Source: Gemmatimonadales bacterium (lineage in GTDB: Bacteria > Gemmatimonadota > Gemmatimonadetes > Gemmatimonadales > GWC2-71-9). From it: a stretch of 64,000 nucleotides of DNA. Positions within the stretch are counted from its first letter, which is position 1, and each line of letters starts with the position of its first letter. Position numbers and translations under genes: made by a program. Shown piece after piece: positions 8,937 to 19,094 of the stretch. The notes below the pieces were generated by a model that did no database searches, had not been told where the DNA came from, and worked only from the letters and a program-made list of their open reading frames with translations. The DNA is taken from NCBI GenBank assembly GCA_035278885.1, contig DATEIR010000004.1:5262-69261 (forward strand). Direction: 5' to 3'.

Positions 8937-9267
8937 GCAGTGAGTCGATCTCACGGGACGTCCGCTCCGCGATCGAGTCGTAGCGAGGCTGGATCGACTC
9001 CCTGATCTGCTGCACCTCGTCGCGTTGCCGGGCCAACACCGTGTCGAGCCTGGTCTGCTGCTCCGGAGAGAGCCCCAGGTCGCGTGTGAAGCGCGCGGTC
9101 GGATCGAAGGGCGGCCGGCGTCCATCGGGCCGGCGGCGATGCCCGGGGTCGGGGGCGCCGGCCGGCGGCGGTCCGCGGTGCAGCGCCCGGTCCAGGCCGA
9201 GCGCGGTGATGCCGCCGACGATCGCCGCGGCGAGGAGCAGGAGAAGCGTGGTCCAGCGTGTGCCCAT
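8845..9267 (-). CDS. membrane-anchored Spy/CpxP-like (LTxxQ motif) protein
   Basis: N-terminal TM; LGLSPEQQ and LLTPEQR motifs; GGGAGG SD. Confidence 0.65.
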   Translation of the reverse strand: MGTRWTTLLLLLAAAIVGGITALGLDRALHRGPPPAGAPDPGHRRRPDGRRPPFDPTARFTRDLGLSPEQQTRLDTVLARQRDEVQQIRESIQPRYDSIAERTSREIDSLLTPEQRRVLDSIKAGRPHGGRNGGRPPSSH

Positions 9268-9340
9268 CGAGTGCCTCCCTCAGACGTTGTCGAGCGGCGT
9301 GCTGAAGGCCGCTGCGCAACATACGTGGCCGAAGCACGAA

Positions 9341-9387
9341 GCGGACGTCCGGCGCCGAAGTCGTCGCGACTCCGCACCAGCGTCCGC
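9341..9387 (-). terminator. long hairpin downstream of the DUF4394 gene
   Basis: About 21-bp interrupted stem whose mismatches become G:U pairs on the minus strand. Confidence 0.45.
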
Positions 9388-9409
9388 CTGCCGGTGAGCC
9401 GGCCTCGTC

Positions 9410-10264
9410 TCAGGGCTTGAGCGCGATGCTGTGGATGGGAGCGCCCCCGATCGTTCCCAGCAGCGTGGCGGCGCCGGTCGCGAGGTCGAGGGTGTAGAGC
9501 TCGGATCCGGTGTCGGTGGACATGGCGGCGTACGCGGTGCCGTCGGCGTCGATGTCCATGCCGGAGCAGAGGTAGACGTTGAACCCGAATCCGCCCACCG
9601 TGGTCAGAGCGCCGGTGGCGGGCTCCATTCGCACCAACGTGTTGGCCGTGGCATCCACTCCATAGATTTCGCCGCTCGCCCGGGCGCCGGTGGCCGCGAT
9701 GGCGGGATTGGTGCCCTCGCTGGGATCACCGGGGACGTAGGCCAGGGCCGGGTCGGACGAGGCCGTGCCGCCGGTTGTCGGGTCGAAGGCCTGGTTGGCG
9801 TTGGACTCCACGCTCTGCAGCCGCAGGTCGTCGCCGGCGAAGGTAAGCCCGAAGTGCTCCCCCTCCACCGCCGGCGCGAAGCCCGCGCCGACCGACGACG
9901 CTGCGCCGGTCAGCGTGTCGACCGTGTACATCCGGCTGTCGCTCCCGATGCCATAGAGCTTCCCGTCGCCGGTCCGGAAGTCGATGCCGAGCATCGCGGC
10001 GCCCGCCGGCATGCCGGTGATCGCGACCTGGCGAGCCAGCGTCTCCGGATTGCCGCTCCCGAACAGCACCAGGTGGTTGTAGCAGTCGAGCCCGAAGATG
10101 GCGCGGCCCACGATCTGGGGCTGCGGCTGGGGCTGCGGCTTAGGGGTCGGATCGGGATCCGGACCGGAGGGGCTGCCCCCGTCGCCGCCGCAGGCGCCGA
10201 GGAGCGCGGCCGCGGCCAGAGTTGCGCCACCGAGGACGCGTCGCAGGATGCGGGTGGACGACAT
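9410..10264 (-). CDS. DUF4394 domain lipoprotein (beta-propeller-like)
   Basis: LLGAC lipobox, PQPQ linker, GIDFRTGDGKLYG..YTVDTLTGAA, LYTLDLATGAAT. Confidence 0.75.
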   Translation of the reverse strand: MSSTRILRRVLGGATLAAAALLGACGGDGGSPSGPDPDPTPKPQPQPQPQIVGRAIFGLDCYNHLVLFGSGNPETLARQVAITGMPAGAAMLGIDFRTGDGKLYGIGSDSRMYTVDTLTGAASSVGAGFAPAVEGEHFGLTFAGDDLRLQSVESNANQAFDPTTGGTASSDPALAYVPGDPSEGTNPAIAATGARASGEIYGVDATANTLVRMEPATGALTTVGGFGFNVYLCSGMDIDADGTAYAAMSTDTGSELYTLDLATGAATLLGTIGGAPIHSIALKP

Positions 10265-10304
10265 GATCGGGTTCCTCCGGTCGATGGGTGAGTAGGGTGG
10301 TGAA

Positions 10305-10868
10305 TCAGGGCAGCCGGGCATCGTCGTCGCTCATCGCGCTCATCGCGACGGCCTGCGACTCGGCGTTGAACCAACCGGTCATCGCGACCGTGCGCCGCTC
10401 GTTCTCCGGCTCGGCCGCGAGAAAGCCGCGGGCTTCCAGGCGGAAGCGGGCCTCGATCCTGCCGGCATCGGCGCCGAGGATCTCGAGGGTGCCGCTGGTG
10501 GCGCGAAAGGCGCCGGCGGGCCGCTCCGCCGGGCCGGCGAGGTACAGGGCCGAAAAGGTGCCGGGGGCGCCGCTGTCGGAGATGCGGTAGCTCCGGCCGG
10601 GTTGGGGCCGCTCGCCCGAGCGGGCGGTCAGCACGACGGCGCCGTCCTGGGCCGGACTGGTGAGGGTGATGCTGAACGTGGCGGCCCCGCCGCCCTGGGC
10701 CACGGCGCCGAACGCGGCCTCGCCGCGGGGGCGAGCCTCGACGGCGCCGGTGACGGTCGCGGCGAACACGCCGCCGGGTACCTGGGCCCGCGCGGGCAAA
10801 CCGTTGACCAGGACGGCGCCCCAGGTGAACGCCCAGGCGCGGATGCCGACGAGCAACGCGGACCGCAT
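10305..10868 (-). CDS. hypothetical secreted protein
   Basis: GAGGAGG SD; signal peptide ending ARA-Q; beta-rich. Confidence 0.6.
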   Translation of the reverse strand: MRSALLVGIRAWAFTWGAVLVNGLPARAQVPGGVFAATVTGAVEARPRGEAAFGAVAQGGGAATFSITLTSPAQDGAVVLTARSGERPQPGRSYRISDSGAPGTFSALYLAGPAERPAGAFRATSGTLEILGADAGRIEARFRLEARGFLAAEPENERRTVAMTGWFNAESQAVAMSAMSDDDARLP

Positions 10869-10963
10869 GGTGAACCTCCTCGATGACTGTGATGGCCGTC
10901 CGATCGACCGGCCAACACTAGGCGAGAGGGTTCACTCCGATCTCAATCGGATCTCATCCGGGA

Positions 10964-12217
10964 CTAGCGGGAAGGAGCAGACGCCGATTCGACAAGGAGT
11001 TGCGGCAGGGAATCGAGGCGACCGTCGGTGGGCGCCGGCACCACGCCGAGCAGCTCGGCGAGGAGGGGGTAGAGGTGCACGTTCTCGAAGGCCGGCACCA
11101 CGGCGCCGCGAGGGAACGACGGGCCGCGAGCCAGGAAGACGGCGCGCATCGAGGGGAGATCCGGGTCGTACCCGTGCATGCCCCGCGGAAGCCGGGAGAT
11201 TCGGGCCCGAGGGTGCGTCGTGACCAGCGAGCCTTCCGCGGCCAGGGCCACGATCGGAGCGATCCGGGGCGTGCTTTCGAAGTGGAACCGGGCGGGCAGG
11301 TCGCCTCGGCGGTACACGGTGAGGCGCGGGTTCCGGCCGGCCAGCAGGCGGTAGACGCTGTCTGCGCTGCCGTGGCGGGGCCAGATCATCAGGGTCGGCG
11401 CGAGCTCGGGGATCTCGATGCTCTCGGGATCGAGGTAGTCGTCGAGGTAGATCGTCCGGGTGGAATCCACCGCCGCCATGCCGTGGTCGGAGACGACCAT
11501 CAGGTCGACCCCATCGGTCAGGCCGCTTCCAGCGAGCCCATCCTCCAGCCGACCGATCGCGCTGTCCACCCGGGCGATCGCCGAATCCTCCTGCGGCGCG
11601 TCCGGTCCGAACGCGTGGCCCGCCTGGTCTACGTCGCCGAGGTAGAGCAGGACCAGGGCGGGCGCGGAATCCGCCGGCAGCCGGAGCCACGCGAGCACCT
11701 GGTCCACCCTCGCGCTGTCGGGCACGGCCGGGTCGAACCTGCGGTACCAGGTCGGGTGCATCCCGCCGATCGGCGCCTCCGTGCCGGGCCAGAAGAACGC
11801 GGCGGTCCGGCGTCCCTGGCGCTGGGCGGTAACCCAGATCGGCTCGCCGCCCCACCAGCGCGGGTCCTGAACGGCCGCGGTGTCGCGGATGCTGAACTGG
11901 TACCCGATGGCGGTGTCGCGAATGCTGTTGCCGACGATCCCGTGGTGGGCCGGATAGAGGCCGGTGACGATGGTGTAGTGGTTGGGGAAGGTGAGCGAAG
12001 GCGCCACGGGACGAAGCCAGCGGGCCCGCACGCCGTGCGCGGCCAGCTCGCGCAGGCGCGCGGCGGCGGGGCGGTCGAGGTAGTCGGGGTGGAACCCATC
12101 GAGCGAGACCAGGACCACGGCCCGCGGCCGGACGGGCGCCGGAGGGCGCTGGCTGCACCCGCCGAGCAGCAGGCCGAGTGCGAGCGGGACCAGACCTCGC
12201 CAGGTGAGCAATCTCAC
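10964..12217 (-). CDS. nucleotide pyrophosphatase/phosphodiesterase (alkaline phosphatase superfamily) lipoprotein
   Basis: SLDGF, SLTFPNHYTIVTGLYP, VSDHGM, GMHGYD; LGGC lipobox. Confidence 0.92.
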   Translation of the reverse strand: MRLLTWRGLVPLALGLLLGGCSQRPPAPVRPRAVVLVSLDGFHPDYLDRPAAARLRELAAHGVRARWLRPVAPSLTFPNHYTIVTGLYPAHHGIVGNSIRDTAIGYQFSIRDTAAVQDPRWWGGEPIWVTAQRQGRRTAAFFWPGTEAPIGGMHPTWYRRFDPAVPDSARVDQVLAWLRLPADSAPALVLLYLGDVDQAGHAFGPDAPQEDSAIARVDSAIGRLEDGLAGSGLTDGVDLMVVSDHGMAAVDSTRTIYLDDYLDPESIEIPELAPTLMIWPRHGSADSVYRLLAGRNPRLTVYRRGDLPARFHFESTPRIAPIVALAAEGSLVTTHPRARISRLPRGMHGYDPDLPSMRAVFLARGPSFPRGAVVPAFENVHLYPLLAELLGVVPAPTDGRLDSLPQLLVESASAPSR

Positions 12218-12292
12218 GGTGCGACCCTCCGGGCCGATCTACCCTGCATGGCCCCGCGCAGGTGGACCAGGCGAGGAATCTGGAGGTCGGGC

Positions 12293-13540
12293 ATGGCGCA
12301 GCGGCTCCGGGCAGTGGGACTCGGCCTCATCACCGGAGCCGCGGACGACGACTGCTCGGCCATCGGGACCTATGCGAGCGCCGGGGCGAAGTATGGCCCG
12401 GCGCTGCTCTGGACGGCACCCGTCACGTTCCCGATGATGTTCACGGTCGTCTACCTGTCGGCCAAGCTGGGACAGGTATCGGGCCGGGGGCTGTTCCACG
12501 CGATCCGCGATTTTCTCCCGCGCTGGGTGCTGTTCCTCACCCTCACGGGCGTCATGATCGGCAACACCATCGAGGCCGCCGCCGACCTGGGAGCCATGGC
12601 GGCCGCGATCAACCTGTTCGTCCCCCTGCCGATTCCGCTCATCGTGGTGCCGGTCGCGCTCTGCATCCTGGCGCTCCAGATCTGGGGCTCGTACACCCTG
12701 ATCCGGAACATCTTCCGGTGGCTCGCGCTCTCGCTTCTCGCGTACGTCATCGCGGCCTTCCTGGCCCGGCCCGACCCCATGTCCGTGATCCGGGGGACGC
12801 TGCTCCCGACCATCCGCTTCGACAGCGAGTTCCTGTCGCTGCTCGTGGCCATCATCGGCACGACGCTCTCCGCGTACCTGTACACCTGGCAATCGAACGA
12901 AGAGGTCGAGGAGGAGATCGCCCAGGGACGCACCACGCTGGAGCAGCGCCAGGGCGCCACCCGCCGCGAGCTGCGAGAGACCCGGCGAGACGTGCTCTGG
13001 GGGATGGCCTTCTCCAACCTGATCATGTACTTCATCATCCTCTGCACCGGATCCACACTCTATCCCGCCGGGCGGCACGAGATCGAGACCGCGGCCCAGG
13101 CCGCCGACGCGCTGCGGCCCGTGGCGGGAGATGCAGCCGGCGTCCTGTTCGCGGCGGGCATCATCGCGGTCGGGTTCCTGGCCGTGCCGGTGATGACCGC
13201 GGGCGCGGCCTATGATCTGGTCCAGTCTTTGGGCTGGCGCCACAGTCTGCACGCGAAGTTTCACGAGGCCAGGGGATTCTACCTGACGATCGCCGCCGTA
13301 ACGGCGGTCGCGATCGGCCTCAACTTCCTCGGGCTCAACCCGATGAAGGCGCTGGTCTGGTCGGGAATCGTGCAGGGCTTCTCGACCCCGCCCCTGCTGC
13401 TGCTGATCATGCTGATGACCAACAATCGGGCCATCATGGGCAACCGGGCCAACTCCCGCGCGATGAACTGGCTGGGCTGGCTCACCACGGCCACGATCTT
13501 CCTGGCCAGCGCCGGGCTGGTGGCGACCTGGTTCATGTAG
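12293..13540 (+). CDS. Nramp-related divalent metal cation transporter
   Basis: GAADDDCSAIGTY, GNTIEAAADL, GTTLSAYLYTWQ; GGAGG SD before 12293 (alternative ATG 12248). Confidence 0.85.
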   Translation: MAQRLRAVGLGLITGAADDDCSAIGTYASAGAKYGPALLWTAPVTFPMMFTVVYLSAKLGQVSGRGLFHAIRDFLPRWVLFLTLTGVMIGNTIEAAADLGAMAAAINLFVPLPIPLIVVPVALCILALQIWGSYTLIRNIFRWLALSLLAYVIAAFLARPDPMSVIRGTLLPTIRFDSEFLSLLVAIIGTTLSAYLYTWQSNEEVEEEIAQGRTTLEQRQGATRRELRETRRDVLWGMAFSNLIMYFIILCTGSTLYPAGRHEIETAAQAADALRPVAGDAAGVLFAAGIIAVGFLAVPVMTAGAAYDLVQSLGWRHSLHAKFHEARGFYLTIAAVTAVAIGLNFLGLNPMKALVWSGIVQGFSTPPLLLLIMLMTNNRAIMGNRANSRAMNWLGWLTTATIFLASAGLVATWFM

Positions 13541-13614
13541 CCGCGCGCGGTGAAACTCCGGCGCCGTTCCGCTCGAAGGATAGTGAACGTCCATCTCCTT
13601 CCCGGAGCCGAGCC

Positions 13615-14532
13615 ATGTCTTCGTTTCGATCGCCGGCGGCGCTGGTCCTGGCCGCGGCATGCGCGCCGGCGGCGCGTCGCGACTCACCGGCGCCCGTGTG
13701 CTCGGCCGCCATGGGCACCGAGACGGCGCTCGCACCGGCGCTCTCCGACTCGGGCCGAATCTTCCGCGGAACGCTCGCCCCCGATGGACGGGAGCTCTGG
13801 TTCTTCAAGAAGGTGACCGACGACCCGCAGTCGGAGGACTACCGGATCTTCCGCAGCCTGCGAACCGACAACGGCTGGGGACCCGCCCAGCGGGTGGACC
13901 TGGGTGGAGAATTCTCCGAGCTGTACCCGACGCTCAGCCATGACGGCCGACGGCTGGCGTTCACCTCCTACCGGCCGTTCCCGGGCGATACTTCCGCCCA
14001 TCCCAGCGCGAACCTGTGGTACGCCGACCGTCGAGGAGACGCCTGGACGGCACCCGTGCCCATCACCTCCGCCGTCCGCCCGGGGTATTACCACAGCCAG
14101 GTCTGGTTCGGTCCGGGCGACAGCCTGATCTTCCGCGCGACCACGCCGGACTGGGCGACCACCACGACGCTGGTGACCGTCTGGTCGGGCGCGGCATACA
14201 CCGAGCCGGTTCCCTACGAGCCGGTGGAGCGCTGGGCGGACTGGCGTCCCGATCTGTACGTCTGGGGCGGGGTCCCGGGTCCGCGCGGCAGCGTTGTCCT
14301 CGAGGTCTCGGCGCTGACCGAGGACGGCCGGCGGCGGGGGCCGACCGACCTGTGGCTGGCCGAGCAACGTGAGGGCCGCTGGAGCGAGCCGCGGCCCCTC
14401 GGTGGTGGCGTCAACACCGCCGGCAACGAGACCTTTCCCGCGGTGACCGCCGACGGTTGCGGGCTCGTCTTCGTGCGCGACTTTTCTTCGGTCCACCTGG
14501 TGACGCTCGCGGCAGCCGCCTCGCCGCCCTGA
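13615..14532 (+). CDS. PD40/TolB-like beta-propeller lipoprotein
   Basis: APDGRELWF, PTLSHDGRRLAFTS, VNTAGNETFPAVTADG; AAAC lipobox. Confidence 0.7.
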   Translation: MSSFRSPAALVLAAACAPAARRDSPAPVCSAAMGTETALAPALSDSGRIFRGTLAPDGRELWFFKKVTDDPQSEDYRIFRSLRTDNGWGPAQRVDLGGEFSELYPTLSHDGRRLAFTSYRPFPGDTSAHPSANLWYADRRGDAWTAPVPITSAVRPGYYHSQVWFGPGDSLIFRATTPDWATTTTLVTVWSGAAYTEPVPYEPVERWADWRPDLYVWGGVPGPRGSVVLEVSALTEDGRRRGPTDLWLAEQREGRWSEPRPLGGGVNTAGNETFPAVTADGCGLVFVRDFSSVHLVTLAAAASPP

Positions 14533-14565
14533 GACGGCGGGTGATCTTCTCCCGACGGAGAGCAC

Positions 14566-15651
14566 GTGCGACGGTATTCCTGCTTCGTCTCCGCAGCGCC
14601 CGTGCTCATCGCGGGCGTCCTTGCCTGTGCCGCACACCACGCGCCGGCGGGCAACACAGCCGTCGACCATCCGGCGGACCCGACCCTCACGCCGCAGCAT
14701 AGCGGCACGACCAGCCGACTCCAGGCGATCAGCCCGGTGAGTGCGCTGATCGCGTGGGCCAGCGGCACCGGCGGCACCTACGCGGTCACCACCGACGGGG
14801 GAGCGACCTGGCGGGCCGGCGTGGTGCCCGGCGCAGATTCACTGGAGTTCCGGGACGTCCAGGGCGTCGATGCGCGAACGGCGTACCTGCTCTCGGCGGG
14901 CAACGGCGATCTGTCCCGGATCTACAAGACCAGCGACGGCGGAGCCAGCTGGACGCGACAGTTCACCAGTCAGGATTCCAGCGCCTTCTACGACTGCTTC
15001 GCGTTCTGGAGCCCGAGTCGGGGCATCGCCATGAGCGACGGCGTGAAGGGCCGGTTTCCGGCCATCCGGACGGTAGACGGCTCCAGCTGGGAGGATATCG
15101 GCGGCCGGCTGCCTGCCGCCCTGCAGGGCGAAGGCGCGTTCGCCGCGAGCGGAACCTGCGTGGCGGTGCAGGGGGACAAGCGGGCCTGGATCGCGACCGG
15201 GGCAGGGACCTCGGCCCGAATCCTGGCGACCACCGACGGCGGGAACACCTGGGAGCCGCATGCCATCCCGATCGTCCAGGGTACGAGCACGTCCGGCGCC
15301 TTCAGCGTGGCCTTCGGCGACGCGCAGCACGGCATCCTGGGCGGAGGCGAGCTGTCGGCGCCGACCACGCCGGCGCGGAACATCGCTCGGAGCAGCGATG
15401 GCGGGCGCACCTGGGCGCCGGCGACCGGGACGTCGTTTCCGGGCGCGGTCTTCGGGTTGACCTACGTACGCGGAATGGACCGACCCACCGTCGTGGCGAC
15501 GGGCCCTTCGGGCGCGGCGTGGTCACCGGACGAAGGCGACCACTGGCTCACCTTGGCGGGAGTGGAGAACTACTGGGCCGTGGCGTTCGCGAGTCCGACG
15601 GCCGGATGGCTGGTGGGGACTGAGGGCCGGATCCTGAAGCTGTCCTTCTAG
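14566..15651 (+). CDS. BNR/Asp-box repeat (YCF48-like) beta-propeller protein
   Basis: Repeated TTDGGATW / TSDGGASW / TTDGGNTW / SSDGGRTW. Confidence 0.85.
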   Translation: MRRYSCFVSAAPVLIAGVLACAAHHAPAGNTAVDHPADPTLTPQHSGTTSRLQAISPVSALIAWASGTGGTYAVTTDGGATWRAGVVPGADSLEFRDVQGVDARTAYLLSAGNGDLSRIYKTSDGGASWTRQFTSQDSSAFYDCFAFWSPSRGIAMSDGVKGRFPAIRTVDGSSWEDIGGRLPAALQGEGAFAASGTCVAVQGDKRAWIATGAGTSARILATTDGGNTWEPHAIPIVQGTSTSGAFSVAFGDAQHGILGGGELSAPTTPARNIARSSDGGRTWAPATGTSFPGAVFGLTYVRGMDRPTVVATGPSGAAWSPDEGDHWLTLAGVENYWAVAFASPTAGWLVGTEGRILKLSF

Positions 15652-16112
15652 CGGGACTGACGGGTGAAGCGGAGCGACGGCGAGCTCTCGGCAGCGTAGA
15701 TCCGCAGCACATCTCCCTCCACCGCAAAACGCCGAGCGGCCTCCAGCTGCTTCAGGTAGCGGGTCTCCTGGTCCATGACCGCCTCGGCGCAGGCCATCCG
15801 AGTCGCACCCAGTGGCCCGAACCGGATATGGTCGCCGGTCACCTCGACCGTGCCGAAGAACCGGTTGCACGAGCCCCGACCGGCGACCTTTCCGGCGGCG
15901 GGAAACTCCAGCGTAGCCTGCGCGTCATCGATGACGCCGGCACCGGCGATATCCTCGAGCGTCCACGCGCTGCCCCACAGCGTGTCGCCGCTCACGGCCC
16001 CTGCATCGTGCGACGGACCGGCGCCGGTCGGCTCCGGAGCCGGCGCTCGCTGGCAGGCGGCGAGTGCGCCGACGAGCCAGGCGGCGGAGAGTGCGCGACG
16101 TCCTGGATACAT
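15648..16112 (-). CDS. META domain lipoprotein (HslJ-like)
   Basis: GRGSCNRFFG, LGATRMAC..MDQE; LAAC lipobox. Confidence 0.9.
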   Translation of the reverse strand: MYPGRRALSAAWLVGALAACQRAPAPEPTGAGPSHDAGAVSGDTLWGSAWTLEDIAGAGVIDDAQATLEFPAAGKVAGRGSCNRFFGTVEVTGDHIRFGPLGATRMACAEAVMDQETRYLKQLEAARRFAVEGDVLRIYAAESSPSLRFTRQSR

Positions 16113-16121
16113 CGTGCCAAT

Positions 16122-16991
16122 CTACGCCCGGGTGAGCGCCTCGGCGAACCGCGCCGCGGCGCGAGGCTCGTGGGCGAAGAACAGCGCGGGCTCGAGCAGC
16201 TCGAGCTCCATGAGCTGCGCTCGTCCATCGACCAGACACAGGTCAACCCGGGCGTAGAGCGTCGGGGCCGGCGCGGCCGCGAGGATCCGCGTCGCCGCGG
16301 CCACCACGTGCTCCTCCGGTCGGATCGGCTCCACGGTCCCGCCGAAATCCGTCTGGACCCGGAAGTCGCCCGGTCGCGGGCGCTTGAGCACCGCGTGGCT
16401 GTACTGCCCGCCCAGGAAGACCAGCGACAGCTCGCCCCGCTCGATGTCGGGGAGGTACGGCTGGACCAGGGCCGGCCGCTCGCCTGTGAGCCGGCGGAAG
16501 CGCTGCTCGTCCTCGCCGGTCACGTCCGGCCCGGCGCGCCAGGTCTCGAAGGCCGTCGCCGATACGCTGGGCTTCACCACCACCTGGCGCCAGCCCCGCG
16601 CACCGGCCAGGTCGGCGAGCGAAGCCTCGTCACACGTCTCGACCCAGGCGGTAGGAATCACCGCGATGCCCGCTTCGGCGAGATCGCGGAGATACCGTTT
16701 GTCCGCGTTCCACCGGAGCAGCGGGACCGGATTGAAGACCCGGGCACCCTCCGCGGCCAGACGATCGAGCCAGGCGTGGAACTCGCGCGGCCGGTGGTGG
16801 TAGTCCCAGCACGATCGCACCACCACGGCGGCGTGGCGCGCCCACGGCTCGGCCTGATCGTCCCAGAGGCGAGGCAGCGGCTCGAACCCGGCCGCCGTCA
16901 GCGCGGGGAGCAGGAGCCGATCGTCGCTGGAGAGCTCCGGGTGCGCGGCGCAGGTCACCAGCGCCACGGTCCCGCGCGAGGCAGCGCTCAT
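16122..16991 (-). CDS. ATP-grasp protein (RimK/glutathione synthetase-like)
   Basis: RSCWDY, WNADKRYL, VVKPSVSA, DFRVQ..FGG, YARVD, MELELLEP. Confidence 0.85.
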   Translation of the reverse strand: MSAASRGTVALVTCAAHPELSSDDRLLLPALTAAGFEPLPRLWDDQAEPWARHAAVVVRSCWDYHHRPREFHAWLDRLAAEGARVFNPVPLLRWNADKRYLRDLAEAGIAVIPTAWVETCDEASLADLAGARGWRQVVVKPSVSATAFETWRAGPDVTGEDEQRFRRLTGERPALVQPYLPDIERGELSLVFLGGQYSHAVLKRPRPGDFRVQTDFGGTVEPIRPEEHVVAAATRILAAAPAPTLYARVDLCLVDGRAQLMELELLEPALFFAHEPRAAARFAEALTRA

Positions 16992-17449
16992 CCGGCGAAG
17001 CGCCAGTGCAGCGGCGCGTCCGAACCCTGTGTGCCCTCGACCGGGCAGCCCTCGTGGCGCCAGTACTCCAGGCCGCCGATCATCTCCTTCACCCGGAAGC
17101 CCAGCCGGGCTAGCTTCGCGGCGGCCTTGGTGGAGGCGTTGCAGGCCGGGCCCCAGCAGTAGGTCACGATGATGGCCTCGCGATCGAACGCCGCGGTGGT
17201 CTCGGCCGCGATGCGCCGGTGCGGCAGATTGATGGCGCCGGCCGCGTGGCAGACGGCATACTCCTCCGCGCTCCGCACGTCCAGCAGGATCAGCTTGCCG
17301 GTGCCGCGGCTCAGGTCGTGGATGACGTCGGACACATCGGTCTCGACGGAGAGGCGGGCCAGAAAGTGTCGCGCGGCCTCGGCCGGATCGGCGGCGGGAT
17401 ACTCGGCCACCGCGGAGAACGTGGGGGCGGGCGTTCGGGCCTGGGTCAT
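16988..17449 (-). CDS. rhodanese-like domain protein
   Basis: LLDVRS..HAAGAINLP, YCWGPACN, EMIGGLEYW; AGGAGG SD. Confidence 0.9.
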   Translation of the reverse strand: MTQARTPAPTFSAVAEYPAADPAEAARHFLARLSVETDVSDVIHDLSRGTGKLILLDVRSAEEYAVCHAAGAINLPHRRIAAETTAAFDREAIIVTYCWGPACNASTKAAAKLARLGFRVKEMIGGLEYWRHEGCPVEGTQGSDAPLHWRFAG

Positions 17450-17471
17450 GAAATCCTCCTGAGAATGGGCG

Positions 17472-19094
17472 TCAGCGTGCGGTCGGCATGCGACGCAGAT
17501 CGGCCAGCAAGGCGTGGGGCGAGACCGGGCCGCCGAGAAATTCCTCGACCACCTCGCGAGTGGGACGCTCCAGGCCATAGCGATAGAGCCGCGCCGCGAC
17601 CCAGCGATACCAGCCGGAGTCGCCGCGGGTGAAATCGCCATGCCGCATCCGGGTGCGCTGGCGGATGGCCGCGATCACGATGGCGCCGGCGGCGTAGTTC
17701 ATCATGTATCCGGGCTCGTCCACCAGCTGCCCGCGCATGGCCCACCAGGCGAGCTCGGGGTGTGCGCGGATGTGCAGGTAGTCCTGGGTGAGACGCCCCC
17801 AGACCAGGTTGGGATCGGCCGCCGGATCGCGCAGCATCCGGAGCTCGAAGAGCGCCCACGTCATGTCGAGCAGGATCGCGCCGTACCGCCCGCGGAGCCC
17901 GTCGGCGAGCGGCACCGAGTCGCCCAGCCAGCGCTGCTGCCAGGCCGGCTCGTACACCTCGAGCGCGATGAAATCGGCCACCGCCTCGGTGAAGGGATCG
18001 GCATCGGGCCAGTCGGTGAACGCGGGACGGGTGCGGATGGCAGCCAGGTGGATGGCGTGGCCGGTCTCGTGGAGCAGCTCGTTCAGGTTGTCCAGTCCGC
18101 CGGTTCGGTAGGTGGCGAAGACCCAGGGCTCGATCGGCCGGCGCCCGCCGAAGGTGGTGAAGGCCACCGGCGTTTTCCCGTCGCGCGGGGCGAGGTCGTA
18201 GTGGACGCGGAGCGCCCCGAGGTCGGCGCCGAGCGCGCGGTACACCGAATCGTTGAGTCGGGTGAGCCGCTCCAGGGGAATGCGCGGGCCCAAGACGCGG
18301 CTCGCGCGTCCGGTTTCGTAGTACCAGTCCCACGGCTCGATCAGCGCCGAGGGCGTCACGTCGCGCCAGGTCTCCAGGATCGCGACCAGCCAGCGCTCCA
18401 GCGAGTCCGGCTCGATCCCGGTCGCGCGCGCCTGAGCCACGGCAGGCAGCTCTCGCCCGCGGCTACGCTCCGCCTCCAGCGCGATGAGCCGGCGGTACGG
18501 GCTTCCCGGTCCGTTGTCGGCATTCATGCTGCGCCAGACCGGTGCCAAGGCGAGGAAGCGGCGGCGCCGCCGGGTGGGATCCTCGTCGCGGCCGAGGCCG
18601 CCCAGCAGGGTGAGCCGGTCCGCCGTGTCACCATCCACCACGAGATGGGCCTGGGCCCAGCCGTAGCAGGCATAGATGCGGGCCTTGAGCGAGTCGGCTC
18701 CCCCGGGCAGCGAGGCGGAATCGTACCGACAGTCCGGCGCCGCAGTCGCGCCGGTGGTATCGGGTGCGGGCGCCGCGCCCAGGTCGCGCGCCAGGGTCCG
18801 GCGCATCACGCCGAGGGCGCGGGCATCCTCGGCGCCCAGGGTGGCCGAGTCCACGGCCGCCAGGCGCGTGGCGAGGCGCGCGCGCAGCTGGTCGTAGCGT
18901 CCCACCAGCAGCGGGCGCGTGGTCCCCTCCGGAGCGGCGGAGGCGCCCGACGCGTCCAGCACGTCGATCCGGTCGCGCAGGTCGCGGGTGTCCAGGTAGA
19001 GCGACTCCGCGGGCGCGACCGCCGCGGGCGCGGGCGGCGACGGGCTGCCGCACCCGATCGCGAGGATGACGGGCAGCAGGAGCGCCGCACGCAT
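17472..19094 (-). CDS. M3/M2-like gluzincin metallopeptidase lipoprotein
   Basis: HETGHAIH plus downstream FTEAVAD; YMMNY; AIGC lipobox. Confidence 0.7.
   Translation of the reverse strand: MRAALLLPVILAIGCGSPSPPAPAAVAPAESLYLDTRDLRDRIDVLDASGASAAPEGTTRPLLVGRYDQLRARLATRLAAVDSATLGAEDARALGVMRRTLARDLGAAPAPDTTGATAAPDCRYDSASLPGGADSLKARIYACYGWAQAHLVVDGDTADRLTLLGGLGRDEDPTRRRRRFLALAPVWRSMNADNGPGSPYRRLIALEAERSRGRELPAVAQARATGIEPDSLERWLVAILETWRDVTPSALIEPWDWYYETGRASRVLGPRIPLERLTRLNDSVYRALGADLGALRVHYDLAPRDGKTPVAFTTFGGRRPIEPWVFATYRTGGLDNLNELLHETGHAIHLAAIRTRPAFTDWPDADPFTEAVADFIALEVYEPAWQQRWLGDSVPLADGLRGRYGAILLDMTWALFELRMLRDPAADPNLVWGRLTQDYLHIRAHPELAWWAMRGQLVDEPGYMMNYAAGAIVIAAIRQRTRMRHGDFTRGDSGWYRWVAARLYRYGLERPTREVVEEFLGGPVSPHALLADLRRMPTAR

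Noticed and set aside
9284..9387. Two hairpins as a riboswitch
   Set aside because: More simply a terminator plus a promoter (TATGTT on the minus strand); no known aptamer consensus.
11000..12292. Apparent long N-terminal extension of the Nramp protein (846-aa ORF)
   Set aside because: Antisense to the phosphodiesterase gene; an SD supports a start near 12293.
16122..19094. RiPP (graspetide) cluster
   Set aside because: No precursor peptide or ABC exporter seen; the ATP-grasp does not look like the microviridin type.
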